NCBI GenBank assembly: GCA_963804995.1
Contig: CAWDSK010000005.1
Coordinates: forward strand, 192,001 to 256,000
Direction: 5' to 3'
DNA from: an uncultured Acidobacteriota bacterium
GTDB lineage: Bacteria > Acidobacteriota > Terriglobia > UBA7540
DNA length: 64,000 nucleotides
This document shows positions 48,933 to 58,640 of this stretch, piece after piece. The number at the start of each line of letters is the position of its first letter. Within the stretch, counting starts at the first letter, position 1. The notes beneath the pieces were generated by a model. The model did no database searches. It was given only the letters and a program-made list of their open reading frames with translations, and had not been told where the DNA came from. A program made the translations under genes and the position numbers.

Positions 48933-51299
48933 TCAGTCCCTCTTCTTCACCACGCTCAGGGCTTTGAGGATGACGGCATTGTTCGGAATCACCGGCCCAT
49001 AGTTGCTGCTGAAGCCTTGGGGTGCTGCGCCGCGAAAGCCGGTGGTTCCCTTTAAGCGGACTTCCGTGATTACCTTCCCGAGACGCGGGTTCTTCCATTC
49101 GAATGCAAAGAATGTAATGGGATTATCTCGCTGCCCTCCGAGCGGTACTGCGTCGGCGCCGTAGCAATAATCCCACTCCGACCGGCGGCTCGCCCAATTC
49201 CACTCCTGGATATTGACGCCGAAGCGGAGGGCAATGGTTGTGACAAAACCATCTTCGTAGATGACTTCATACCAGCCGAGGAGATCGGCGGTATCGTCCT
49301 GATCCCAGAGCAGTGCCCACCCCGGCCGGGTCGTGGCCGGCCGCGCGGAAGCGTGCAGGAAGATTAGGCTGGTGGCGTCTTCACCGATGGGAATTGCACC
49401 GGATTCCTTCGGCAGTCCCGTCTTTTCCGCACCGTCGGTTCCGACCACGATCGCAACCTTCCCGGCATGCTCGGATAATTCGAACGATACTTTACCGAGC
49501 GTGGCTGTGGCGCTCTCCATGCCGGCCAAGTTGATGCCTAAACCCGGTTCAGCCGGCCCCATATTGAAGGCCGCGGCGATGTGAACTGGAACGATCGACG
49601 CCTCCGTCGCGCTCGGTGGTTCTTCGCCCCGGAACCGCGTTCGAATCTCCGGCATCATGGACTGGATCACGCCGGATAGATCCGGGCCGTAGAGGGCATC
49701 GTCGCGCCAGAGCATATTCGCGCCGCCCAAAAAGTCGGAGAGCTGGTCTTTCCCGAAGCCGATTTCATTGGTCGCGAACCAGACCGAGGGCGCCCCGCCG
49801 ATAATGGAGGAGCGCTTCATGCGGGCCTGCCAGTTCTCCGCGTAGGGATGCAGGTTGCCGAAAACCTGCTGGAATCCCATCTGGTCGAGTTGGGCCTCAA
49901 ACCCTTCGACCTGATCTTCTTTCCAGCCCGTTGGTGAAGTGCCGTCTCCGGTATCGAATGTCGACCAGAACCAATTGAAGATTAGCACGTCTTTCGGGAT
50001 GAGGCGGTTTACCTGCTCCGGAGTCATTCCACCTGCTACCTGATACGTGAACCCGTCCGGGGCCTTCCTGGTGTGCAGACCCTTGCCGCTTACGCCTTCC
50101 AGCAGCCTGTCGCCCCAAATGATCATCGAGACCCCTTTACTGGCCAGGTAATCGTGAATGATCCGGACATCCTCTCCATACCGTTCACCGATGTCCTTGT
50201 CTTTGCACCTGAGGCACAGCCCGACCGGCTGGAACAGTTCGTCGTGTCCGGCATGGACCCATTTCGGCTTGAGCAGGTCGATGTACTCGTCATATACGTC
50301 AAAGAGCAGTTTGTAGCTCGCGGGATTCGAGGGGCAGTACACGCCGGGCCACTTCGTGTCGGGTGTTTCCGACAAATCCGGGTGCGCGGTCATGAGGTAG
50401 TAGCTATGCGTAAAAGATGGCAGCTCCGGAATCAACTCGATGTGATATCTCTTGACCCAGCGCGCTAGGTCGGCGACCTCTTCCTTTTCCAGGTAACCGC
50501 CATCGGCAGTGTCCTGGTGCGTAGAATTCGTGTCCCAATCGTGCGGCGTGCCGGGCGGGGAATGGCGGCGGGAGTAATTGGTATCCTGAGCGAATTTGAC
50601 CCAGCCGGTGTTCAACTCGGGATGTCTGTCAAATCGCATGGACGCATTCATTTCCATGATGAGCGTGTTGTATTTGTATAAGGCCATGAAATCCCGGATG
50701 AAGCGCTTAAAGAAAGGGATGTTATTGCGCCCGGGGGTGTAGAGCTTGATGCCGCGAAACGGCTTGGCCGGCCAATCCCGCACGTTCACCCCTTTGAAGC
50801 GGAGTTGATCCTGCTCGCGTCGAGCGAGCTGCCGCAGGGATTGCATCCCGTAAAAAGCTCCCCGGTCGTCGCTGCCGGCCACGAGCGCGATGTTCCCGCT
50901 GGTTTGGAGAATGTAACCCTCCGGCCCGGGATCGCGCAGGCTCACGGACAGGCTATGACTTCCGCAATACGTCCGCACCAGGGGATTAGCGGTCGTTCCG
51001 ATCACGATCATGCGGCGGCCGGGATCCAGCTTGACCACCCGCTCGGTTTTCAGGTGAACCGCGAATCGATCGCCAAGATCGTCGGCAAGAGACTGGGCCA
51101 GGAACAAGTCTTCCTCTGAAGGAAACGCCGGAATGGCAATCACGGCCTGTTCATTAAGAACGAAATCGCTGCCGGATTGGACGATTTCCCGAGGCGTGGG
51201 GAAGATCAAAGAACGCTCCGCGGCCTCTGCACCGCGGCATACCCCCAAGATTGCTGTAGCGATTAAGAATAATGTTCCAAATCGAGACTTTTGCACCAT
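48933..51299 (-). CDS. Exported GH20-like beta-N-acetylhexosaminidase
   Basis: Signal peptide; PEGY, GAFYGMQSL, DWPAKPFRG, HAGHDE catalytic motif. Confidence 0.8.
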   Translation of the reverse strand: MVQKSRFGTLFLIATAILGVCRGAEAAERSLIFPTPREIVQSGSDFVLNEQAVIAIPAFPSEEDLFLAQSLADDLGDRFAVHLKTERVVKLDPGRRMIVIGTTANPLVRTYCGSHSLSVSLRDPGPEGYILQTSGNIALVAGSDDRGAFYGMQSLRQLARREQDQLRFKGVNVRDWPAKPFRGIKLYTPGRNNIPFFKRFIRDFMALYKYNTLIMEMNASMRFDRHPELNTGWVKFAQDTNYSRRHSPPGTPHDWDTNSTHQDTADGGYLEKEEVADLARWVKRYHIELIPELPSFTHSYYLMTAHPDLSETPDTKWPGVYCPSNPASYKLLFDVYDEYIDLLKPKWVHAGHDELFQPVGLCLRCKDKDIGERYGEDVRIIHDYLASKGVSMIIWGDRLLEGVSGKGLHTRKAPDGFTYQVAGGMTPEQVNRLIPKDVLIFNWFWSTFDTGDGTSPTGWKEDQVEGFEAQLDQMGFQQVFGNLHPYAENWQARMKRSSIIGGAPSVWFATNEIGFGKDQLSDFLGGANMLWRDDALYGPDLSGVIQSMMPEIRTRFRGEEPPSATEASIVPVHIAAAFNMGPAEPGLGINLAGMESATATLGKVSFELSEHAGKVAIVVGTDGAEKTGLPKESGAIPIGEDATSLIFLHASARPATTRPGWALLWDQDDTADLLGWYEVIYEDGFVTTIALRFGVNIQEWNWASRRSEWDYCYGADAVPLGGQRDNPITFFAFEWKNPRLGKVITEVRLKGTTGFRGAAPQGFSSNYGPVIPNNAVILKALSVVKKRD

Positions 51300-51322
51300 T
51301 CCTCCTTACCAAGCCGTGTTTG

Positions 51323-51610
51323 CCGGAATTAACTTTTTGCCGTTCCCGCGGTTAAAAATATACACCCCTTTGCGTCCAACCGAGCCCCCTCTTCTCTCCA
51401 GGAGCGTCATGGGCCCGGAACCGCCCTTTCAGAAGTCCTCGAAACCCGTTGTCACCACTGCTGCAACCGGATTTTTCAGGCACCTCTGCATATCCGGGGA
51501 TCTCGGTCGAATCCATGTCCAACACGGTTCGGTACGGCGACCCCAAGGTTTCTGCTCTCCCAATCAGTTCCCGGTTCAGTCGCTCCAGCCCCGCGAAGTT
51601 CTCCTTAATA
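51323..51610 (-). mobile_element. Internally deleted IS1380-family relic
   Basis: Fragment ENFAGLERLNRELIGRAE...VLDMDSTEIP joined to an end region terminating CCGGAATT. Confidence 0.6.
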
Positions 51611-51644
51611 TGATTCAAATTGGAAATGTGGGATTAATACAGTA

Positions 51645-51730
51645 CTAGTGAGGTGTCCCGAGTTAGAGTTGACAATGGGTAGAACCCCCTCACCCGTCTG
51701 GCCTCGGTCGCCGCGGCGACAGAGGGGAGG
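51645..51730. mobile_element. Left half of the 43401-type MITE
   Basis: ctagtgaggtgtcccgagttagagttgacaatgggtagaaccccctcaccc. Confidence 0.8.
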
Positions 51731-51959
51731 TCGCCGCGGCGACCGGGGTGAGGGCCGCAAACCCAGGGCTGGCGCCCTGGGCTACATTATTTTGCCGGGG
51801 CTGTAATCCTGGCCATCGTTGAAGCCGAGTTGATGGCGGTTTATGACGAGATCGATGTCTTCAGACGCCGTATGATCTCATGACTCCAGGCTGGGGCGTT
51901 TTATTAGTTTGGCGAGTTGTGCGCGGTCGCGAGCGCTCAAGGCGCGGGACAACTGTCAA

Positions 51960-52170
51960 ACCACGAAGTCTTGGTTCGCATGGGGCCCGGCGGCGCGGAT
52001 CGCCTGGAGGGCCAACCCTGCGATTCTGGTGCGATTAGATGACGTGAAGTGTAGAGCTGCGCTCTCCGCCAGCCCGCCGCGACGTTTACGACTGGCTCCG
52101 GCGATATGGAGCTGGCTATTCCACCCGCATCAACAACATCCTGCGCGCGGTGATGTCCGGAGCACGATAG
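51960..52170 (+). pseudogene. BrnA-like antitoxin disrupted by a 40-bp insertion
   Basis: AILVRLD|DVYDWLRRYGAGYSTRINNILRAVM once 52041-52080 is removed; 5' limit approximate. Confidence 0.65.
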
Positions 52171-52204
52171 CGGCCGGATGGCAGCATATATGCTATCATA
52201 GACT

Positions 52205-52630
52205 TTGCGCCGAACTGTGATAGACACGAACGTTCTTGCCGGGGCGTTGCTCAAGCGAGCCGGGCACAACCGCGAGGTGATTCGTGCCTGCCTGGAAGGC
52301 AAGTGGAGGCCGCTGATCGGGCAGGCGCTATTTACGGAGTACGAGGACGTGCTCGGCCGAAGGCATCTGTTCCGTTCGTGCCCCCTCTCGGAGCGCGAGC
52401 GACAAGAGTTCTTTGCGGCCTTCCTGAGCGTCTGCGAGTGGGTGGAAATCTACTTTTCCTGGCGGCCCAACCTGCCGGACGAGGGAGACAATCACATCGT
52501 TGAATTGGCCGTCGCCGGAGGCGCCGAAATGATCGTAACCAACAATGTGCGCGATTTTCGCCGCGCCCAACTTCGATTTCCCGGCTTGCGCACAGTGTCA
52601 CCGCACGAATTTCTTAAGGAGCTTGCATGA
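52205..52630 (+). CDS. PIN-domain toxin (VapC-like)
   Basis: VIDTNV, EYEDV, DEGDNH, IVTNN; palindrome ATGGCAGCATATATGCTATCAT just upstream. Confidence 0.88.
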   Translation: MRRTVIDTNVLAGALLKRAGHNREVIRACLEGKWRPLIGQALFTEYEDVLGRRHLFRSCPLSERERQEFFAAFLSVCEWVEIYFSWRPNLPDEGDNHIVELAVAGGAEMIVTNNVRDFRRAQLRFPGLRTVSPHEFLKELA

Positions 52631-52929
52631 GCACCCTCACCATCCGGTTACCAGAAGTGAAACACGCACGCCTACGCCGACTGGCCGATAGCCGGAGGAT
52701 CAGCATGAATAAGCTGATCGACGAGTTGGCGACGGTCGCCCTCGCCCAACACGACGCCGAGCTAAGGTTTCACGCTCTCGCCGCCAGAGGGTCTGCCGCA
52801 AAAGGACTCGCCCTGTTGAATAAGCTCGAACCAGAAGCTCCCCCGGCGATGACACCGAAGCGGGGTAGCGGGGTAGCGCAGAGTTGTTCCGCCTTTTGGA
52901 ACTACTCTGCGGCTCTTATCTTTTCATAA
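52627..52929 (+). CDS. RHH/HicB-like antitoxin; C-terminus reads into a REP
   Basis: MSTLTIRLP..KHARLR.LA..R.ISMNKLIDEL; ATGA overlap. Confidence 0.8.
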   Translation: MSTLTIRLPEVKHARLRRLADSRRISMNKLIDELATVALAQHDAELRFHALAARGSAAKGLALLNKLEPEAPPAMTPKRGSGVAQSCSAFWNYSAALIFS

Positions 52930-53161
52930 CATCCTCTCATAACATCCTCACCGTACGATTACCCATTTACGAACCGCAGAGTAGGGCAAAACACGCCCGA
53001 CTCTGCGCTACCCCGCTGCGCTACCCCGCTGGCGCCGACGGGCTACGTGGGGCTGCTGCAAGAGGGGGTTGTACGGACGTTGAGGGTCGCTCTAAAGGCG
53101 TGCCGGGTGACTGGCAGGTAATCCAGAAATCGCTTCGAGTAAAACCATCAAGGTGGCGAGT

Positions 53162-54295
53162 TCATACTCGCTGAGCGGCTGCAATCTCTAGTAAGAATTC
53201 CTTGAGGGCTTTTAGCTCTTCCAAGTTAAGTGTCTGAATCTTCTTGGAGAGGGTCACGTACTTCCCGGGTTCGAAGTTTCCCTTCCAAGAAAGCAGAGGG
53301 GCGTACTTCTTTGCCAATGAGTCCAGTGATGTAAAATCCAAAGATTTTATGATATACGGAATCGGGAGTTGGATATCTCCCGAACTGAAGACGTACAACA
53401 TACTGTCCCCGTCTAGGTTGCGGATTACAAGTGTCGGGTTCTGACCTGTTCCATAGCCTTCCCGAAGGCGATCCGCGTGGTCGTCTACGAACCGCAGCAT
53501 CTCTGTGAACCGTTCCAGCAGTTCTTTGGATGCTGGATTAGAAAAGTGTACAAGAACGGAACGTCTGTTCCAAGAACGGCGTTGCGCAGAGGTTCCGGTT
53601 GAGGACGCCATCTTTGCCCGCCGCGCCTTCTCTGAATACCCAAACAGACTGGGGACAACAAGTCGCAGATCACCCTTCGTGTATTGATGGGCTTCCACTA
53701 TCAACATGCTGGTGTGTTCAAGCTGGTCGTTGAGGAATTCCACAATGCACTTCAGTTCTACCGGTGCCTCTTCAATGAAAAACACGATCCGAATAGTGCC
53801 GTCTTTGAGGTTCGCCTCGGCCTTCTTGAAAAACTCCTCGGCATTGAGTTGCGCGTCCTGCTGGAGTTTAGCCAACGCATCCTCAAGCGACTCATTGTGT
53901 GGTCGTGCCGCATTCCGTGCAAAACCCTTCAAGGTTTCATGGTCCCAGTAGAATTGCCCATTGGCGGCATAATCCATCACTTGTCCAACGACTTCACGTC
54001 GGGAACGCGTATCGTTGAACCGCTTGCACTCTACGAACGTTGGAATGGCATCCTGATCGACGAACAAAAAATCCACTGCCCACCCTCTACTACCACCTGA
54101 TGTGGGGTCGGGGACGGGCATTTCCCTTTTGACAAGCAGCCAGCGCCTCGGTTGGTCCGGGTCGATTTGTTCGCCAGCGAGCAAGTCGGAATTATTCGCA
54201 AGAAGCGTTTGGAGTTCTTTCGCCTCATCAGTACAACGAATCGGCTGCATCAGCTTCGGTTCACCGTTAGGATCGACAACGAACACACGCCTCAT
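53162..54295 (-). CDS. PD-(D/E)XK nuclease-domain protein (NucS/DUF91-like N-terminus)
   Basis: E.ELQ.LL, REM, VDFLFVD...FVECKR, REVVGQVMDYAA. Confidence 0.7.
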   Translation of the reverse strand: MRRVFVVDPNGEPKLMQPIRCTDEAKELQTLLANNSDLLAGEQIDPDQPRRWLLVKREMPVPDPTSGGSRGWAVDFLFVDQDAIPTFVECKRFNDTRSRREVVGQVMDYAANGQFYWDHETLKGFARNAARPHNESLEDALAKLQQDAQLNAEEFFKKAEANLKDGTIRIVFFIEEAPVELKCIVEFLNDQLEHTSMLIVEAHQYTKGDLRLVVPSLFGYSEKARRAKMASSTGTSAQRRSWNRRSVLVHFSNPASKELLERFTEMLRFVDDHADRLREGYGTGQNPTLVIRNLDGDSMLYVFSSGDIQLPIPYIIKSLDFTSLDSLAKKYAPLLSWKGNFEPGKYVTLSKKIQTLNLEELKALKEFLLEIAAAQRV

Positions 54296-54583
54296 AGTGC
54301 CCCCTTCACTCGCTAACTGAAGTTGTGACCGTGGGTCCTTGCGTCGATGAGTGATTTATCTTGCACACCGTGCCCGCAACCGAGCGCGTAGCGCAGGTAC
54401 GCGTATTCTGCGTTCCTGTGCGGCTTTTCATTTCGTTTTCGCAACGAGAAACAGCGTAACGCGGCTCGAATTTGGGAAGATCCGCGGAGCAGGAAGCGCG
54501 CAGCGCAGTACTCCGCAGTTCTGAGCTAATGTGGCACGCTGAAGCGCAAAACTGCGCCCCGCACCAGCCAGAGGGCATGCGGT

Positions 54584-54841
54584 TCAGCCGCGCCCGGCTT
54601 TTAAGCGCCGGGTGGAACCCAACGTCAAACGCGATGCGCTCTCGGCCACTTCGACCAGAGAATGCAGAGCCTTATTCACGGCCACGGAGTTTGGAAAGAC
54701 CGCCGCAACCTCTGGATCAAGCACGACAACGTTCGAGTTTGCCATAATCCGCTCGTAGTACCTGCCGTGTTCAAGCTTCTTGAAGTCAGAGCGTTTGTAC
54801 TCCGGGCGAAGTTCATCGGATGTGGACTTAACCCTCTTCAT
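54584..54841 (-). CDS. BrnA-like antitoxin (orphan)
   Basis: DELRPEY...VVLDPEVAAVFPNSVAVNKALHSL; overlapped by toxin tail QVYEEG*. Confidence 0.75.
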   Translation of the reverse strand: MKRVKSTSDELRPEYKRSDFKKLEHGRYYERIMANSNVVVLDPEVAAVFPNSVAVNKALHSLVEVAESASRLTLGSTRRLKAGRG

Positions 54842-55300
54842 AAACTTGTTCAGGACGACCCGTCCAAACGGCCATGGAGGGCCTGACAGTGGGCACCCCT
54901 AACGATTACTGCACGCATAACTCCCATTATAACATCGTAACGCCGCTCGAATTTGTAAGATCCGCGGAGGAATCCGTCGGCCTGGGATAGGCCCAGGGCT
55001 GCCGCCTGTTCACAGGGCCGTACGCGATCTGCTCGGATGTGGCGCCCGGTGGTTCCGGGCGTATCGTCGGCTACTCGGAAGTTGTACACCCGCTGATTTG
55101 TCGGCCAACCGCTCGGAGGTGCCAGTCTGACTCCCGAGATACGGGGTTCTGGGGATCAGTTCCTGGGTTGTCGCCCCAGGGTTTACCGATCCACGCAACT
55201 CTGGACGGTTGACGGGCTGCTCGAAAACAAATCACCTGGCCGGTAACGGCCTACGAGTAGGGGTGCGAGGCACCTCCACTCCGGCTTATTTTAACGCCTA

Positions 55301-55355
55301 TGGGGCTGGGGGGTGAAGGGGTCGGACAGCCTTGTCAAATATTAACCGGGACTAG
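55301..55355. mobile_element. Right half of the 43401-type MITE
   Basis: ggacagccttgtcaaatattaaccgggactag. Confidence 0.75.
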
Positions 55356-56305
55356 TTCCCGGGCCGAATGCCAATCACGGCCATTTGCCTTCCCGTGCGC
55401 CCGTTCTCTTTCCGGTGCGAAAAGAAGAGGTCCGTGCGGCAGGCCGTGCAGTAGTGTGCGACAAGTACATTGGAAGGTTTGACTCCGGCGTTGGCGAGCT
55501 GAGACCGGGCGACGGCGACCAGATCGAGTCGCGCTGCAGGGAAGTGCTCGGGGGCGTGGCCCGGTGGATACGCACTCAGGAAGGGAATTGAGCTGTGACC
55601 GGCTGCCATATGGGGGCGATGAGGCAGCATCTCGAAAAACCGGTCGGCGTGCGCGAAGCGTCCCTCGAAGGCTTCGACCACCTCTTCGCCTACATCGTAG
55701 CAACAGGAGCGGATGGACGGCCCGAGCGCCGCAATCAGATCCCGCGGATTGGAACCGAAGACTTGCCGCATATCCCCCACGGCTTTCTCGATTATGCGCT
55801 CGAGTGCGCCGCGCCAGCCTGCATGCACCGCCCCGACCACCCGCCGTTTGGTATCCACCAGCAAGACCGGCAGACAGTCGGCGATGCGGATGGTCAACAG
55901 GATTCCCGCTTCCGCTGTCATCAGGCCGTCTCCTGCCGACGGGTTCGGGTCAGCACACTCCCCGGCGACGACGCCGGAGGGTCGGAATTGAAGTTGCTCT
56001 GCCTCGTCGCGAGCCACCGTGAAGACGTGGGCGGAATGAACTTGCCGCACCGACCCCACCAGAAAGTCCTGGGCGCCAATCTGCTTCAGGAACCGTTGGC
56101 GGTTCAGCTCCACCTGCTTCCGCCGGTCCCACTCCGTGAACCCCAGGTTGAGGCCTTGACAGGGAGGCAGGCTCTGGCCCCCGCGCCGCGTGCTGAACGC
56201 GTGCACAAGCCATGGCAGCTTGGCGAGGCGCAGGGATTCCAGCCATGCCAACCCACCGCGCGAAACGATTTTGAAAGTTTGACGGCCCAAATTTGAATAT
56301 AGCAC
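55352..56305 (-). CDS. pgeF: Purine nucleoside phosphorylase / peptidoglycan editing factor (YfiH/PgeF)
   Basis: HAFSTR, QVHS, ADCLP, HAGWRG, GPSI..CCY, CT, FFSHR; start approximate. Confidence 0.9.
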   Translation of the reverse strand: MLYSNLGRQTFKIVSRGGLAWLESLRLAKLPWLVHAFSTRRGGQSLPPCQGLNLGFTEWDRRKQVELNRQRFLKQIGAQDFLVGSVRQVHSAHVFTVARDEAEQLQFRPSGVVAGECADPNPSAGDGLMTAEAGILLTIRIADCLPVLLVDTKRRVVGAVHAGWRGALERIIEKAVGDMRQVFGSNPRDLIAALGPSIRSCCYDVGEEVVEAFEGRFAHADRFFEMLPHRPHMAAGHSSIPFLSAYPPGHAPEHFPAARLDLVAVARSQLANAGVKPSNVLVAHYCTACRTDLFFSHRKENGRTGRQMAVIGIRPGN

Positions 56306-56707
56306 AGCACCGAAATAATTCTCACCGCAGAGGCGCCGGGACCGGGAGAGAGGGAACGGTCTTTCCAGTCTCCGGAGTGCCCTATGGCAATTGCAGGTCC
56401 GCGACAGTTTGTAAAGAAGTGGGACATGTCCCATTTGTTGCGCGGCGAGGGGCGTAGCGACCGTAGTCCCACCAAATTCTCACCCTTTTGCCCTTGGACC
56501 TAACATTTCTTCCGCCAGAAGTGCTTTCGGAATCGCCCCTCCTGCAGGGCCTCCAGCGTCGGATTGCAACTGCGTGGTAATCTGATATCATCTGAATAGA
56601 TAGATAAGGGCTGATATTTAAGAGGATGCTTTGAAGCGCGTCTTGTCGTCGCAGCTGCCGAATTTCGGAGCGAAACCGAAATATTCCAATAGGCCCACAA
56701 CCTGGTG

Positions 56708-57097
56708 ATGATCGTTGGAACCGGAGTGGATATCGCGGAAACCTCTCGCATCGAGCAAGGTCTCGAAAGGCATGGGGAGCGGTTCACGAAGCGGATCTTC
56801 ACCCCCGCGGAAATCGCCTACTGCGATAGGTTTAAGAATCGTGCCGAACGCTACGCAGCACGATTTGCGGCGAAGGAAGCGGCTTTCAAAGCTCTGGGGA
56901 CAGGCTGGCGGGAGGGGATTCGCTGGCTGGATGTCGAAGTCACGCACCAGCCGAGCGGCAAGCCGGAATTGGTCCTGACCGGCCGCGCCGAAGAAGTGGC
57001 GCGCCAATTACGTGTCACCCGGATGGCAGTTTCGATTTCTCACTCGGACCGTTACGTAGTTGCCCAGGTGATTTTTGAGAGCGATGACTCAGTTTGA
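56708..57097 (+). CDS. acpS: Holo-ACP synthase
   Basis: GTGVDI, RFAAKEA.FKALGTG, SISHS. Confidence 0.95.
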   Translation: MIVGTGVDIAETSRIEQGLERHGERFTKRIFTPAEIAYCDRFKNRAERYAARFAAKEAAFKALGTGWREGIRWLDVEVTHQPSGKPELVLTGRAEEVARQLRVTRMAVSISHSDRYVVAQVIFESDDSV

Positions 57098-57806
57098 GTC
57101 CCGCAGTCTTAGCCTGTGCAGGGTGGCTCTGGCGGTGGTGTGCCTGCCCGCAGCCGCCCTTCCCCAGGGCTACTTGGCCGAACGAGCCGCACAACCGATC
57201 GTTATCGGAGCCAAGAAGGCTGCTCAACTGATCGTGCATCAACCCGTCCCGGAGTATCCGCCGCTCGCCAAAGTCAACTACATCCAAGGGCACGTTCAAC
57301 TGGGGATCCAGGTCACTGCGGATGGAAAAGTTGCCCACGCGCATGTGTTGGGCGGGTACCCTCTTCTCGCGGCGTCGGCGCTCGAAACCATACGAACCTG
57401 GACCTATAGCCCCCTCATCACTGCCGCCGGACCCTCAGCCTTCGTCACTACCGTGGACATGAATTATTCCTTGCGCATCCACATGTCAGATGTGAGGCCC
57501 CTTCAGGCGGAGCGCGATTTGAGCCGTCAGGTAAAGCCCCCGGAAGTCATCCGGCGGCCTGCGAATACACCTTTGAAAACCCTTGTGCATATGCACCTGT
57601 TGCTGAATGACCAGGGCCAGGTGATCGATTCCGAACCGTCACTCGAAACCGTCAGTAAGCTCACCCCCGGGGATGAAGTGCTGCAGGGTTGGACCTTCCG
57701 CCCCGCCCGATGGGGCAGTCTCCCTGTCCCCTGGTACCTCAACGTCGAAGTCCCCGTCAGCGAGGCGCGCACTCCTCAGGCTTCTGCCGACCCCGAACAT
57801 CGCTGA
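57084..57806 (+). CDS. TonB C-terminal domain protein
   Basis: PEYPPLAK...QGHV...W.Y.P, plus second WTFRPA repeat. Confidence 0.75.
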   Translation: MTQFESRSLSLCRVALAVVCLPAAALPQGYLAERAAQPIVIGAKKAAQLIVHQPVPEYPPLAKVNYIQGHVQLGIQVTADGKVAHAHVLGGYPLLAASALETIRTWTYSPLITAAGPSAFVTTVDMNYSLRIHMSDVRPLQAERDLSRQVKPPEVIRRPANTPLKTLVHMHLLLNDQGQVIDSEPSLETVSKLTPGDEVLQGWTFRPARWGSLPVPWYLNVEVPVSEARTPQASADPEHR

Positions 57807-57860
57807 TAATTGCCAGTCCGCGAAACGAAACCTGCGAGCGGGATCCCCTGTGGCGTCCTG

Positions 57861-57984
57861 TAGCCCGCATTTCTCACCACGCTTGGACGCTCTTATTGGG
57901 CGTGCCGGAAGGGCGAGGACTCCCGACAAGTCGAGACGCGTTCCGCCCCGACCTTCCAAACCGGTGGTGAGAAATCCCAGCTAG
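57861..57984. mobile_element. MITE (TIR GCATTTCTCACCAC / GTGGTGAGAAATCC)
   Basis: Empty version of the 39121-39474 outer element; related fragment at 19851-19930. Confidence 0.7.
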
Positions 57985-58044
57985 GAGTAAACTGAGGTGG
58001 GGCTCTCGGAAGAGGTGCCCGAAAACCAATACGTCGGGGACTTC

Positions 58045-58533
58045 ATGAATATGCGGGGTAAGATGGGAAGGCGATTCTCGGTTTTGAGCGGATTGCTCAT
58101 ACTGCTCCTCCTGCTTACGGGCTTGGTTTTTGGCAAACGCAAACCGGTCGACGAGCCACCGTTCCTGTATGAGGCGGGGACAGAAAACCTTGAGCGAGGA
58201 TGCGGTGGAAAACTGGAAGTGCTAAGGGATGCCATTGCCTTCAATTGTCCCCAGGGGACTGTCAGCATGCCCTTTTCTGCGATCACCCTCATGCAATTTC
58301 GGCCCGACGTGAGCAAGCAGGTTGTGAGGATGAACATTGATTGGAAAGTGCGGCCCCAGTCTACCAAGGCCAGGGACAACCTGTACTTTACGATTCTCTG
58401 CAACGAAAATGGGAAAATCCGTGCTATCGTCCTGAGGGTAATCCCTGACACTTTGCGCCCCTATCTGGCGGAAATCGAGCTGAAATCTGGTAAGAACGTT
58501 CAGGTGTACCGAAGCTATGATGAACTTGATTGA
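58045..58533 (+). CDS. Exported hypothetical protein
   Basis: Signal-like hydrophobic stretch followed by a globular domain. Confidence 0.6.
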   Translation: MNMRGKMGRRFSVLSGLLILLLLLTGLVFGKRKPVDEPPFLYEAGTENLERGCGGKLEVLRDAIAFNCPQGTVSMPFSAITLMQFRPDVSKQVVRMNIDWKVRPQSTKARDNLYFTILCNENGKIRAIVLRVIPDTLRPYLAEIELKSGKNVQVYRSYDELD

Positions 58534-58640
58534 GGAATTCGCAGGGACGGGTGGGCTGGGCGGTACCAAGCTTTCCGTGGAATGGCGAAGGGTAAGGCAA
58601 TTCGCTTGATCACGATCTGAGGGGATAACTCTCACTCCCT

